Origin: Limisphaerales bacterium
Lineage (GTDB): Bacteria; Verrucomicrobiota; Verrucomicrobiia; Limisphaerales; UBA11358
Assembly: GCA_050737335.1 (NCBI GenBank)
Contig: JBOHXA010000516.1
Location: 1-39,348, forward strand
Reading direction: 5' to 3'
Length of the DNA stretch: 39,348 bases
Each line of letters begins with the position of its first letter. Position 1 is the first letter of the stretch. Under the pieces are notes generated by a model. The model made no database searches. It had not been told where the DNA came from and was given only the letters and a program-made list of their open reading frames with translations. Positions 8,469 through 17,450 of the stretch are shown piece by piece. The position numbers and the translations under genes are program-made.

Positions 8469-9875
8469 ATGCCTTCATCACTGGCGTTAGCGCTGACCCT
8501 TGGATTTATTGTCCTGCTGTTCGTCCGGGACATTCGGGAAAAGGCGAAGGTAACGAACGCGCTATGGATTCCATTTTTGTGGATCGCAGTATGCGGCGGC
8601 GGCTCGCGTTATTTTTCCCAATGGCTGGATATGTTCGGCCTTCACGTCGGGGCCATTTCGGTTGAAGATGGGAGTCCTGTGGACGCGGCGTTTAATGGGG
8701 CGTTGATATTGGGCGGGCTGCTGGTTTTGCACAAGCGACGGGTAATGGTTCTGGAATTTGTCCGGAACAACCGGTGGTTAACGATCTATCTGGCATATTG
8801 TCTTCTGGCCATCACGTGGTCTGACTATCCATTTGTTTCGGCCAAGCGCTGGGTGAAGCTGCTTGGCGATCCGGTAATGGCCCTGGTTGTCCTCACCGAG
8901 CCGGAGCCGAGCGAGGCACTGATCCGCACGATGAAACGATGCGCGTACGTCATGCTTCCTCTTTCGATCCTGTTCATCAAATACTTTCCCGTCCTGGGGC
9001 GCACGTTTGATGAATGGAGCGGCGCACCACAAAACACCGGGGTGGCCACCAACAAAAATGAGCTTGGATTCGACTGTTGGATCCTTGGAGCGGTCATGTT
9101 CTGGCATTTATTACAGGTGCTGCGATGGGAACGGGGACGAGCGCGACGGGATGAATTGATATTGTGCGCCGCGCTGATCGCGATGGATTTATGGCTGTTG
9201 AAAGACGCGCATAGCGCGTCATCGCTGGTTGCCTTTGTCCTGGCGGCGGGAGTGATGCTTTTTCTGGGGATGCGATGGGTTCGCAGGCGAAGCGTGGGCT
9301 TCTATATCATCGCCGGCGCGGCGGCGGCCGCAGTGGCATTGTTTGGATTTGGACTCACTGATACCGTTATTCATCTTCTGGGGCGAAATGACACTTTGAC
9401 AGGGAGAACGGAGATATGGCGGGCGCTCTGGCATTGGAACATCAATCCGATCATTGGAACGGGCTATGAAGGATTTTGGCTGGGAGCCCGGCGGCTGGCC
9501 GTCCAGCAAAATGTATTGTCGTTTCTCAACGAAGCGCACAATGGCTATTTAGAAACCTATCTCAACCTTGGCTACATTGGAGTGGGGATTACCGCCGCGG
9601 TGCTTCTGGCCACATACGGAAAGGCACGGCGGGAATTGTTTCGCAATTTTGAATTTGGACGGTTTCGCCTGGCTTATCTCATCGCCTTCATTGTGTATAA
9701 CTGGACCGAGGCGGCCTTCCGTATGAATTGCTTCCCATTTTTTATGTTTTTCGTCGTAGCGATAGATTATGCGAAGCGGCGGGTTCCGCTGAGGCAGGCG
9801 GTCGGCGCCGACGCGGAGTTATTCGGTGAAAGGGCTGTGTTCGTTACTTCAAATTCGCAACTGCTTTGGCCATAG
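8469..9875 (+). CDS. Wzy_C / O-antigen ligase-like polytopic membrane protein (polymerase or exosortase-associated O-glycosylation ligase type)
   Basis: About 10 hydrophobic segments. The NEAHNGYLETYLNLGYIGVG motif is typical of the O-antigen ligase/polymerase domain. I chose the start at MPSSLALALTLGF (8469); the track ORF start at 8361 overlaps the upstream gene. Confidence 0.7.
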   Translation: MPSSLALALTLGFIVLLFVRDIREKAKVTNALWIPFLWIAVCGGGSRYFSQWLDMFGLHVGAISVEDGSPVDAAFNGALILGGLLVLHKRRVMVLEFVRNNRWLTIYLAYCLLAITWSDYPFVSAKRWVKLLGDPVMALVVLTEPEPSEALIRTMKRCAYVMLPLSILFIKYFPVLGRTFDEWSGAPQNTGVATNKNELGFDCWILGAVMFWHLLQVLRWERGRARRDELILCAALIAMDLWLLKDAHSASSLVAFVLAAGVMLFLGMRWVRRRSVGFYIIAGAAAAAVALFGFGLTDTVIHLLGRNDTLTGRTEIWRALWHWNINPIIGTGYEGFWLGARRLAVQQNVLSFLNEAHNGYLETYLNLGYIGVGITAAVLLATYGKARRELFRNFEFGRFRLAYLIAFIVYNWTEAAFRMNCFPFFMFFVVAIDYAKRRVPLRQAVGADAELFGERAVFVTSNSQLLWP

Positions 9876-9940
9876 CTTGACAGGATCAGAGATTCGTTTG
9901 ACAAAAAGAAGCCATAGTTTGGATTGGATGGGTGTTGTTA

Positions 9941-11623
9941 ATGAAAACCAGCGTTAATGCCGTTCTAAGCGGGATGATCCTGGCAACGGTTCTGACTTCG
10001 GGGGCTCGCAGCGACGCCAAGGTCATAACCGCCGCGAGTTGCGCCTTTGCCGATGTGAACAATGCTGTTGCGCAGGCGTCCGCCGGAGATGTGGTGCAAT
10101 TGCCGCCCGGGACGAATTGGTGGAGTCAGACTTTGAATTTGTACGGTGTTTCGCTGGTGGGATCGGGTACCAATTCGACCGTACTGATTGATGAAGAGAA
10201 CCGGTCCGTCAGCGCGCAAATGATCAATCTTCATGCCGAAGCGGGACATTTCACTGAAATCTGCGACATTCAGTTTGAGGGCGGGGTGACCAACACCAGT
10301 ATCAATTACTATGGCGCCATCGCGGTTTATGGCTCCAGCGGCTCATCCTGGCGAATTGACCATAATGCTTTCAACCTGTTATACGCCAAGAATATTTGCA
10401 CTGAGGGAAATTCATGGAGCTGTATTGATAACAATACGTTTTACGAGAGAACAATCTCCGTGGAGGATAATAGCTACCTGGCCGTGGACCCTGCGAATCT
10501 TTCGATTGCGGACACCGAAGGGGATGGCTCGTGGGCATCGCCGCCCACGTATGGCCTTAATAGCACGAATGTCCTTTATGTGGAAAACAATTATTTCACA
10601 AATGAAACGGCTTACGTTGCGAGCGTGGGAGCCTGTGACGGGGAAGGCGGGGCGCGGATCGTGTTTCGCCACAATACGGTCATGAATGACATGTTCAACA
10701 ATCATGGCACCGAAACCGGAGGACGCAATCGCAGTGAACGCAGTTTTGAGATTTACGACAACACGTTCATCTGTTCCCCGTCGGCGGCTTTTTATCCACT
10801 TTTTTCCGCAGCCATGATTCGCGGGGGCTCAGGCGTCATCTTCAGCAATACGCTTAGCGGGTACACTTCACTGGCGACGCTTCGCAACTACCGCTATAAT
10901 TACGCGTATTGCGGGACATGGTATCCATTCTGCGGGGCCAACGGGACGAACTCGTGGGATTCAAACAGTCCAACAATCTATTTGACCGGAACCAGCGCGG
11001 GGCCAAACGGAGCGAATTATCTTCAGGTTTCCGGGGCAAATTGGACTCCGAACCAGTGGGTTGGTTATACCGTGATGGATATGAGCAACCAGGAATTTTC
11101 AGTGGTGGTCAGCAATAACGTCAACACGATCTATTACATGGGCGGGGCCGGGAGCACACCGAGCATTGTCCCAGCGGTTGCAACCTTCAACAATGGCGAT
11201 CCCTTTCGGATTTGCCTGGTGTACGCGGCGTTGGATCAACCCGGACGCGGGTCGGGGGATTTACTGGTGGATGACGGCCAGAATCCTGTCACTGGAAATT
11301 TGATAACGATAGATACCGTGACCGGCCTTTCGGCGTGGCCGCGGGAAGTGTTGGAACCGATCTATACCTGGGGCAATACCTCGAATGGCGGGCCGATAGA
11401 ACTCACCAGTGATTACCCGACGCTCCAGTTGAATCGCGATTTTTATAATGAAACTCCGAAGCCTGGTTACACGCCGTACCCTTATCCCAGCCCGCTGGAG
11501 TCCGAAACGTTCGCCACCAATGGCATAACCGGCGGCGGCGGAGGCTCGACGAACGGGCCGCCCTCAACGAATGGGCCGGGGCCGCTTCCACCGACGCATA
11601 TTCACCAGATAAATAATCCGTAA
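9941..11623 (+). CDS. Secreted right-handed parallel beta-helix protein (pectate-lyase-fold; candidate polysaccharide lyase/hydrolase/epimerase)
   Basis: Signal-peptide-like N terminus (MKTSVNAVLSGMILATVLTSGARSDA). Recurring N-rich turn motifs (IDHNAF, IDNNTF, VENNYF, RHNTV, YDNTF) are typical of PbH1 repeats. The tail is Gly/Pro-rich (GGGGGSTNGPPSTNGPGPLPP). The enzymatic activity is not determinable by eye. Confidence 0.55.
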   Translation: MKTSVNAVLSGMILATVLTSGARSDAKVITAASCAFADVNNAVAQASAGDVVQLPPGTNWWSQTLNLYGVSLVGSGTNSTVLIDEENRSVSAQMINLHAEAGHFTEICDIQFEGGVTNTSINYYGAIAVYGSSGSSWRIDHNAFNLLYAKNICTEGNSWSCIDNNTFYERTISVEDNSYLAVDPANLSIADTEGDGSWASPPTYGLNSTNVLYVENNYFTNETAYVASVGACDGEGGARIVFRHNTVMNDMFNNHGTETGGRNRSERSFEIYDNTFICSPSAAFYPLFSAAMIRGGSGVIFSNTLSGYTSLATLRNYRYNYAYCGTWYPFCGANGTNSWDSNSPTIYLTGTSAGPNGANYLQVSGANWTPNQWVGYTVMDMSNQEFSVVVSNNVNTIYYMGGAGSTPSIVPAVATFNNGDPFRICLVYAALDQPGRGSGDLLVDDGQNPVTGNLITIDTVTGLSAWPREVLEPIYTWGNTSNGGPIELTSDYPTLQLNRDFYNETPKPGYTPYPYPSPLESETFATNGITGGGGGSTNGPPSTNGPGPLPPTHIHQINNP

Positions 11624-11629
11624 CAAGCC

Positions 11630-12394
11630 ATGGCTCAATTGATTTACAGACTGAAAAAGAAGATTCATCCGCCGTTGCCGCTATTCCGGCTTCTCAACCG
11701 CAGCAAGGAGCAGTTTCAATGTCCCATTTGCGATTACGTGGGACCTTTTGCCGATGTGGACAACTTCGGAGGCCTGAGGAAGCACGCGGAGTGTCCCAAA
11801 TGCGGGGCGCGGGAACGGCACCGAGTGCAATATCTGGTGCTGACCGAACTTTTTAAGACCATGGACACCTCGCGTTTGACGATGCTGCATTTTGCGCCTG
11901 AACCGTTCTTCCGGTCCTTTTTATCGAGCCGTTTCGGCCTTTATGAGACCGCGGACCTTTGCATGAAGCACGTCACTTACCAGGCGGACCTGTTAAACCT
12001 TCCATTTGAAGCCGAGACGTATGACTTCGTATTTGCATCCCACGTCCTCGAACATATACAGAACGATACAAGGGCGCTGCGGGAGATTCGGCGGATTTTA
12101 AAGCCAAACGGCATCGCCGTTCTGCCTGTGCCGGTGGTCTGTGATAAAACTGTCGAATATAGCCAAGCGAATCCGAACGAAGCATATCATTTCCGCGCCC
12201 CGGGGCTTGATTATTTTCAAAAGTACGAGAGCTATTTTGATCGGGTACGCGTGTATTCGTCTGAATCACTGCCGGAAAAGCACCAAACATATATTTACGA
12301 AGATAGAAGCAAATGGCCGACGCGGGAGTGTCCATTGCGTCCACCCATGGCCGGCGAGAGACACTCGGACTTTGTGCCGGTTTGCCATGCCTGA
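11630..12394 (+). CDS. Class I SAM-dependent methyltransferase with N-terminal Cys4 zinc ribbon
   Basis: CPICDY..(21 aa)..CPKCGARERHR gives a CxxC-CxxC ribbon. FVFASHVLEHIQND and LKPNGIAVLPVP resemble the Methyltransf_11 core. Confidence 0.7.
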   Translation: MAQLIYRLKKKIHPPLPLFRLLNRSKEQFQCPICDYVGPFADVDNFGGLRKHAECPKCGARERHRVQYLVLTELFKTMDTSRLTMLHFAPEPFFRSFLSSRFGLYETADLCMKHVTYQADLLNLPFEAETYDFVFASHVLEHIQNDTRALREIRRILKPNGIAVLPVPVVCDKTVEYSQANPNEAYHFRAPGLDYFQKYESYFDRVRVYSSESLPEKHQTYIYEDRSKWPTRECPLRPPMAGERHSDFVPVCHA

Positions 12395-12422
12395 ACGGGA
12401 GTCGTGAAGGGAAGGAAAAGAA

Positions 12423-13343
12423 ATGAAATACGTCTTGCTTACGTCCGCGCGAAACGAGGAAGCCCATATTCAAAAAACGATTGAATCAGTCGTGAGGCAA
12501 AGCCAACTGCCCGAACATTGGGTGATCGTAGATGACGGCTCGGTGGACCGGACGGCGGAGATCGTTGAGGATTATGTGGGGCGATTCCCGTGGATTTCAC
12601 TGATCCGGCGGGTGAATCGGCCCAACCGGGATTTCGGGGGAAAGGCAGACGCCGTGAACCGCGGGTTCAAATTCCTGGAAACAGTGGAATTCGACGTGGT
12701 TGGAAACGTGGATGCGGACATTTCGTTTGAGCCGGATTTAATGGAGTTTTTAATGCGGCAATTTGCCGCCGACGGCCAATTGGGCGTGGCGGGCGCGCCT
12801 TATATTGAGGGGAACTTTGATTCAGCGCGCGATAGTTTCGAAGGTGAGAATTTTGTGGCCGGACAACTGCAGCTCTTTCGCCGTCAATGCTTTGAAGAGA
12901 TTGGCGGATACACAAAAAGCCGCGCCGGCGGAGTGGATTGGATCGCCGTGATGAGCGCGCGGATAAAAGGCTGGAAAGCGCGGTCGTTCGCTGAGAAGCG
13001 GTTCATCCATCATCGCATGATGAGCACCGCCGAACGTGGCATGCTTGCGGCCCATTTTTCGTATGGACAAAAGGATTATTATCTAGGCGGCTCGCCCATT
13101 TGGGAAGTTTTCCGCGTGGTTTTTCGCGCGATGAAATCTCCCTATTTCATCGGAGCCGCGGCGATGTTATGCGGTTATTGCCATGGGGCAATAACGCGAA
13201 TGGAGCGGCCGGTTTCGGCCGAGCTGATGCGATTTCACCGTCACAATCAGCTCAATAAATTGAAAGCGATCATTAAATCTTTGCTGCGGTTTAAGAAGGT
13301 GGACAATTTCCGCCTGGAAACCGGGCAAACCAAATTCTCTTGA
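12423..13343 (+). CDS. GT2-family glycosyltransferase
   Basis: LLTSARNEEAHIQKTIESV, VIVDDGSVDRT and VDADI motifs. A purine-rich RBS (GAAGGAAAAG) lies upstream. Confidence 0.75.
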   Translation: MKYVLLTSARNEEAHIQKTIESVVRQSQLPEHWVIVDDGSVDRTAEIVEDYVGRFPWISLIRRVNRPNRDFGGKADAVNRGFKFLETVEFDVVGNVDADISFEPDLMEFLMRQFAADGQLGVAGAPYIEGNFDSARDSFEGENFVAGQLQLFRRQCFEEIGGYTKSRAGGVDWIAVMSARIKGWKARSFAEKRFIHHRMMSTAERGMLAAHFSYGQKDYYLGGSPIWEVFRVVFRAMKSPYFIGAAAMLCGYCHGAITRMERPVSAELMRFHRHNQLNKLKAIIKSLLRFKKVDNFRLETGQTKFS

Positions 13344-13354
13344 GCCGTTCAACC

Positions 13355-14218
13355 ATGACAAAACCGTCATATAGAATTGGCCTGGCAACGGACTTTAATT
13401 CGAGCAACCTCGCCGCGCTGCTCCGAAGGAGCCGTGATGCCGAGGTCCATTGCGTAGAGACGCCGTACGGCCAATTGACCCGGTTGCTGTCGGAACCGAA
13501 CGATCCTTTCTGGAAAGAGGCGGGCGAGGCCGTATTGCTCTGGAGCTTGCCCCAACTGGCGATTCCGACATTCCAAAAGGTTATCCGGTTCGAGGAATTT
13601 TCCGTGGACGAACTGCTGGAGCAGGTGAAATCATTTTGCGGACAGATTGAAAAAATCCCCGCGGAAGTGTCAACGCTGCTTTTGCCTTCCTGGATAATGC
13701 CGTGGGCGTCACGGGGACTGGGACCATTGGATTTGAGCAGCGTGAGTGGCGTGGCGAATGTGCTGGGCCGGATGAACCAAAGACTTGTTGAACATTTTCG
13801 GAGCCAAACACGGATCGTGCTGCTTGATGCTACTCGCTGGCTTGGTTCCTTGCGCCGGCGCGAGGCGTGCCCTGAGCAAATCGAAGAAATCAGGACCGGA
13901 ATCAAACCGGCTGAGTGGGTCAAAGCGCCTGATGGCATCTCATTGCTTCTGGAACTGAAATCAGGCCAAAGCCAAACCATCAGAACGATCTTCCGGGACA
14001 CGATGGAAAACGGCGCCGCGTCGGAGAATACTTTTGCCGGGGCGGGGGTCATTCATTGGGTGAAAGCGACATTGCGCCGTTATTTTTGCGAAATTCGGGA
14101 CAATTATGTCATGGGCAAAAGATTTTCAGAAGACCGCGACCGAGGCACCGGCCTTCCAGGCAGCGGTCTTCCCGGCGGCAACTTTCCCGGCAGCGGTCTT
14201 CCGGCAAGCGCACGATAA
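13355..14218 (+). CDS. Hypothetical protein; N-terminal ~170 aa resembles the N-terminal domain of FkbH-like/HAD-IIIC proteins, with no HAD domain present
   Basis: YRIGLATDFNSSNLAALL...YGQLTRLL..PNDPFW...AVLLWSL matches the pattern (K/R)IxLLSNFT...GxxQ...D.V.L.L seen at the start of FkbH-like proteins. I saw no DLDNTLW-type motif in any frame downstream. The C-terminal half has no recognisable motif but keeps purine-first codon periodicity. The tail is a G/P/S repeat. ATG at 13355 chosen (the track TTG at 13340 overlaps the upstream stop). Confidence 0.5.
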   Translation: MTKPSYRIGLATDFNSSNLAALLRRSRDAEVHCVETPYGQLTRLLSEPNDPFWKEAGEAVLLWSLPQLAIPTFQKVIRFEEFSVDELLEQVKSFCGQIEKIPAEVSTLLLPSWIMPWASRGLGPLDLSSVSGVANVLGRMNQRLVEHFRSQTRIVLLDATRWLGSLRRREACPEQIEEIRTGIKPAEWVKAPDGISLLLELKSGQSQTIRTIFRDTMENGAASENTFAGAGVIHWVKATLRRYFCEIRDNYVMGKRFSEDRDRGTGLPGSGLPGGNFPGSGLPASAR

Positions 14219-14298
14219 AACCTCTTTTCGGTCAAGCGATCATTTCTTCAAATTTCGGCAAACAGACAAACGTTTCAGAATTCTCACAATTCTCACTT

Positions 14299-15567
14299 AT
14301 GCGCACATTGGCTCACTCAACCGCCGTACAGACGGCTTTGGAGAATTTCTCAGCCTGGCTGGGAGATTTTGGCGAAGTCTCCTATGATCATCAATCGTTT
14401 TTTGCCGGGCCAGTGGGGCGGGCGGCAAAATCATTTTATTACCGACACAAAACGGTGGGAGCAGCCGTAGTGGCGCCGATGGTCTTTTGCGAGGCATTTT
14501 TTCCCGCGGCCCGCCAATGGTTTCATCATCCGATGCGGCTGCCGATCGCCGATGCTCATTATGCGATGGGTTTTGCCTGGCTCTTTGAGGCGACCGGCAA
14601 CGAGTTTTATCTTCAAAAGGCGATGCATTTTCTGGAAGTCCTGCGAAAGACCCGCTGCCCGGCATTCAAGGAATTTAGCTGGGGCTACCCTTTTGATTGG
14701 ATGACGCAGGCAGGGCCCATTCGAGCGGGCACACCGTTGATTACCACCACACCGTACGTTTTTGAGGCGTTCATGCAGGTCGAACAATTGCGTCCGCACT
14801 TGAAATGGCGCCGCATTCTCGAATCCATCGCGCGGCATATCCGGTCAGACTATAAAGACTTCAAGGTTTCCGACAAGGCTATGAGCTGTTCCTACACGCC
14901 GTACGGGAAGGTGGGAGTGGTGAATGCTTCGGCATATAGAGCATTTGCGCTCACCAGCGCGGCCAAATTCTTTAATGACGACCGTTTTCTTGAAGCGAGC
15001 CTGCCAAACTTTAATTTCGTGCTGGAATCTCAAAACCCGGACGGTTCCTGGCCATACGCCATGGATGGCAAACGCGGGTTCGTGGATCACTTTCACACCT
15101 GCTTTGTCATGAAGTCTCTCGCAAAAATTTACCTGCTTACAGGAAACGAGGATTGCATGAAAGCCCTCGACCGTGGGGTCGAGTTTTATACGCAGAATCT
15201 TTTTTCAGAGGACGGGATGCCCAGGCCGTTTGCAAAAGCTCCGCGCCTGACGGTGTATCAGCACGAATTATATGACTGCGCCGAATGCATCAATCTATGC
15301 CTCCTGTTAAGAAAATACTTTCCACAACTCGAAAAAACTTTGGAAGGGGTCACAGCCGGGATTTTGAACCACTGGGTCAAAGCCGATGGTTCATTTCGTT
15401 CCCGGCAACTGATGTTTGGCTGGGACAACGTGCCGATGCACCGTTGGGGACAATCGCAAATGTTCCGGAGTCTGGCGCTTTACTTGTACGAAGCGCAGGC
15501 GACGGACTCCCAAGTTTATGAAAACCTCAATTCCAAATTCTATGTGCGGGATCTGCGGGCAGCTTAA
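14299..15567 (+). CDS. Uncharacterised protein with alpha/alpha-toroid (prenyltransferase/terpenoid-cyclase-like repeat) features
   Basis: ESQNPDGSWPY, VDHFHTCFVMKSLAKIYLLTG and NASAYRAFALTSAAKFF resemble (alpha/alpha)6-barrel repeat motifs. ATG at 14299 chosen, because the 81 aa upstream in the track ORF are R/S-rich junk. The 3' end overlaps asnB by 26 nt. Confidence 0.5.
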   Translation: MRTLAHSTAVQTALENFSAWLGDFGEVSYDHQSFFAGPVGRAAKSFYYRHKTVGAAVVAPMVFCEAFFPAARQWFHHPMRLPIADAHYAMGFAWLFEATGNEFYLQKAMHFLEVLRKTRCPAFKEFSWGYPFDWMTQAGPIRAGTPLITTTPYVFEAFMQVEQLRPHLKWRRILESIARHIRSDYKDFKVSDKAMSCSYTPYGKVGVVNASAYRAFALTSAAKFFNDDRFLEASLPNFNFVLESQNPDGSWPYAMDGKRGFVDHFHTCFVMKSLAKIYLLTGNEDCMKALDRGVEFYTQNLFSEDGMPRPFAKAPRLTVYQHELYDCAECINLCLLLRKYFPQLEKTLEGVTAGILNHWVKADGSFRSRQLMFGWDNVPMHRWGQSQMFRSLALYLYEAQATDSQVYENLNSKFYVRDLRAA

Positions 15568-17446
15568 TTTTGAAAGGACCGAGCCGGTGAATCCTGAAAC
15601 GATTCACCGAATGTCGCGCTCGATGCTCCACCGCGGGCCTGACGACGAAGGCGATTTTATTTCCGGGCCGATCGGCCTGGGCTTCCGGCGCCTGTCCATT
15701 ATTGATCTGGCTGGCGGCCGCCAACCGATGTCGGACGCAGAAGGCACCGTGCAGGTGGTGTTTAACGGAGAAATTTACAACTTTCGCGAGTTGCGCCGGG
15801 ACCTGGAATCCCGCGGGCATAAATTCCGAACCCGTTCTGACACCGAAGTGATCGTCCACGGTTATAAGCAATGGGGCACGGGGGTATTTAACCGGTTGAA
15901 CGGGATGTTTGGGGTTGCCATTTGGGACGCGAGGGACCGGCGGCTGGTTTTGGCGCGCGACGCCATGGGGATCAAACTGATTTATTACACGGTCGAAAAT
16001 GGCCAATTAACCTTTGGCTCCGAGATCCGCCCCGTCCTGGCGGCCCGAACTTCGAAGCCCGAAATTTCGCCCGCGGCGGCGGCCCTTTTCCTGCGCTTTC
16101 GCTATACGCCCTCGCCGCAGACGATTTTCAAAGGGATAAAAAAGCTGGCCGCGGGCACGATGCTAATCGTTGAAGGCGGTGTTTGCCGGGAACAGCGTTG
16201 GTATGATTTCAGCCCGTCTCCTTTTCCCGAGACCATGAAAGATTCGGAAGCGGCGGAGGAGCTGTTGGACCTGTATCGTCGGTCAGTCCGCCGCCACCTG
16301 TGCGCCGATGTGCCAGTGGGGATTCTCCTGAGTGGCGGCCTGGATTCGGCATTGCTGCTGGCACTGATGAACGAGCACGGACGTCATTGGCCGGCATACA
16401 CGGCCGGTTATGGGAAGGGATTCGCGGATGACGAACTGCAAACGGCGGCGCTTTCGGCATTACGGATGGGAGCGCGACACGTAGCGGTGAAATTGGACCA
16501 GAATGAATTCGAGAGATCGCTTCCGAAGATTGTGGAATTACTTGAGGAACCCGTCGCCAGTTCGTCCATTGTGCCGATGTATCATGTTTGCAAGCGCGCA
16601 AGGGAGGACGTAAAAGTAGCGTTGATCGGACAAGGCCCGGACGAACTTTTTGGCGGGTATAACCGGCACCTGGGCGTCCATTATGGAAACTTGTGGCGGC
16701 GAATGCCGCGACCCTTGCGGTCGCGAGTGAGTTCAGCGATATTACGCCTGCCACGAAACGAGACTTTAAAGCGCGGCGTCCAATCGCTCTCGGTCGAAGA
16801 CCGGGTGGCCCGGTACGAAAGTATTTTCTCGTTGCATCCGGCTCAAATGGTCAAGGACCTTTTTCGCCCTGAATTTTCTCTAAATGGCGACAGCGAGTTA
16901 TCCCACTATCTTGAACCCATTGTGCCGCAAATGGAACGGACCGATGAGTTGGGCGGCTTTCAACTGATGGAGATTCGTTCGTCGCTGCCCGATGAGTTGC
17001 TGATGTACGCGGATAAGCTCTCGATGGCGCACAGCCTGGAGGCGCGAGTTCCCTACCTGGACCGTCCTGTGGTTGAATTCGTTCAACGGCTTGGCGCCAA
17101 TCAAAAAATCCGTTACGGCATCCGCAAATGGCTGCACCGGCGCATCTGTTTCAAAATGCTTCCCCGCTCGATTCTGTTTCGCAAGAAACGTGGCTTTGCG
17201 GTCAACGTGGTGGACGACTGGTTCGACACGCGTCGAGACGGTATGTTTTCGCAAATGCTGCTGGACCAGGACTCGCTCATCTATGAACAATTGAGGCCTG
17301 AGCCTGTGCGCGCGCTTCTGGACCAGCATCGTGCCCGCCGCCAGGACAATCACAAACTGCTGTTCAGCCTGGTGATGTTCGAACAATGGCTGCGATGCAT
17401 CCGCTCGCAACAAAACAATAACTTCGCCGGGGCGCTTGCCGCTTAA
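15542..17446 (+). CDS. asnB: Asparagine synthase (glutamine-hydrolysing) family amidotransferase, canonical
   Basis: Begins MCGICG (N-terminal nucleophile Cys). Also has HRGPDD, RRLSIIDL, NGEIYN, SDTEV and the PP-loop SGGLDSALLLAL. The start must be this Met because Cys2 has to become the N terminus. Confidence 0.9.
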   Translation: MCGICGQLNFERTEPVNPETIHRMSRSMLHRGPDDEGDFISGPIGLGFRRLSIIDLAGGRQPMSDAEGTVQVVFNGEIYNFRELRRDLESRGHKFRTRSDTEVIVHGYKQWGTGVFNRLNGMFGVAIWDARDRRLVLARDAMGIKLIYYTVENGQLTFGSEIRPVLAARTSKPEISPAAAALFLRFRYTPSPQTIFKGIKKLAAGTMLIVEGGVCREQRWYDFSPSPFPETMKDSEAAEELLDLYRRSVRRHLCADVPVGILLSGGLDSALLLALMNEHGRHWPAYTAGYGKGFADDELQTAALSALRMGARHVAVKLDQNEFERSLPKIVELLEEPVASSSIVPMYHVCKRAREDVKVALIGQGPDELFGGYNRHLGVHYGNLWRRMPRPLRSRVSSAILRLPRNETLKRGVQSLSVEDRVARYESIFSLHPAQMVKDLFRPEFSLNGDSELSHYLEPIVPQMERTDELGGFQLMEIRSSLPDELLMYADKLSMAHSLEARVPYLDRPVVEFVQRLGANQKIRYGIRKWLHRRICFKMLPRSILFRKKRGFAVNVVDDWFDTRRDGMFSQMLLDQDSLIYEQLRPEPVRALLDQHRARRQDNHKLLFSLVMFEQWLRCIRSQQNNNFAGALAA

Positions 17447-17450
17447 TTCC

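Noticed and set aside
9941-11623. Apparent abundance of N-x-S/T sequons (about 12) in the secreted beta-helix protein, next to an O-antigen-ligase-like gene
   Set aside because: The protein is very Asn-, Ser- and Thr-rich, so this count is close to chance expectation. The adjacent ligase-like family is associated with O-linked rather than N-linked transfer.
13291-14052. 253-aa minus-strand ORF opposite the FkbH-N-like hypothetical gene
   Set aside because: The translation is Ser-rich and low-complexity. The + strand frame has a recognisable N-terminal domain pattern and purine-first codon periodicity throughout. It is kept only as a caveat, because the + strand C-terminal half is itself unannotatable.
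14056-14298. N-terminal 81-aa extension of the 503-aa track ORF
   Set aside because: The extension (RRPRPRHRPSRQRSSRRQLSRQRSS...) is not protein-like and overlaps the 3' end of the upstream gene. The ATG at 14299 gives a sensible N terminus.
15416-15541. Upstream extension of the asparagine synthase ORF
   Set aside because: Ntn amidotransferases need Cys directly after the initiator Met. The MCGICG at 15542 satisfies this, and the extension lies within the preceding gene.
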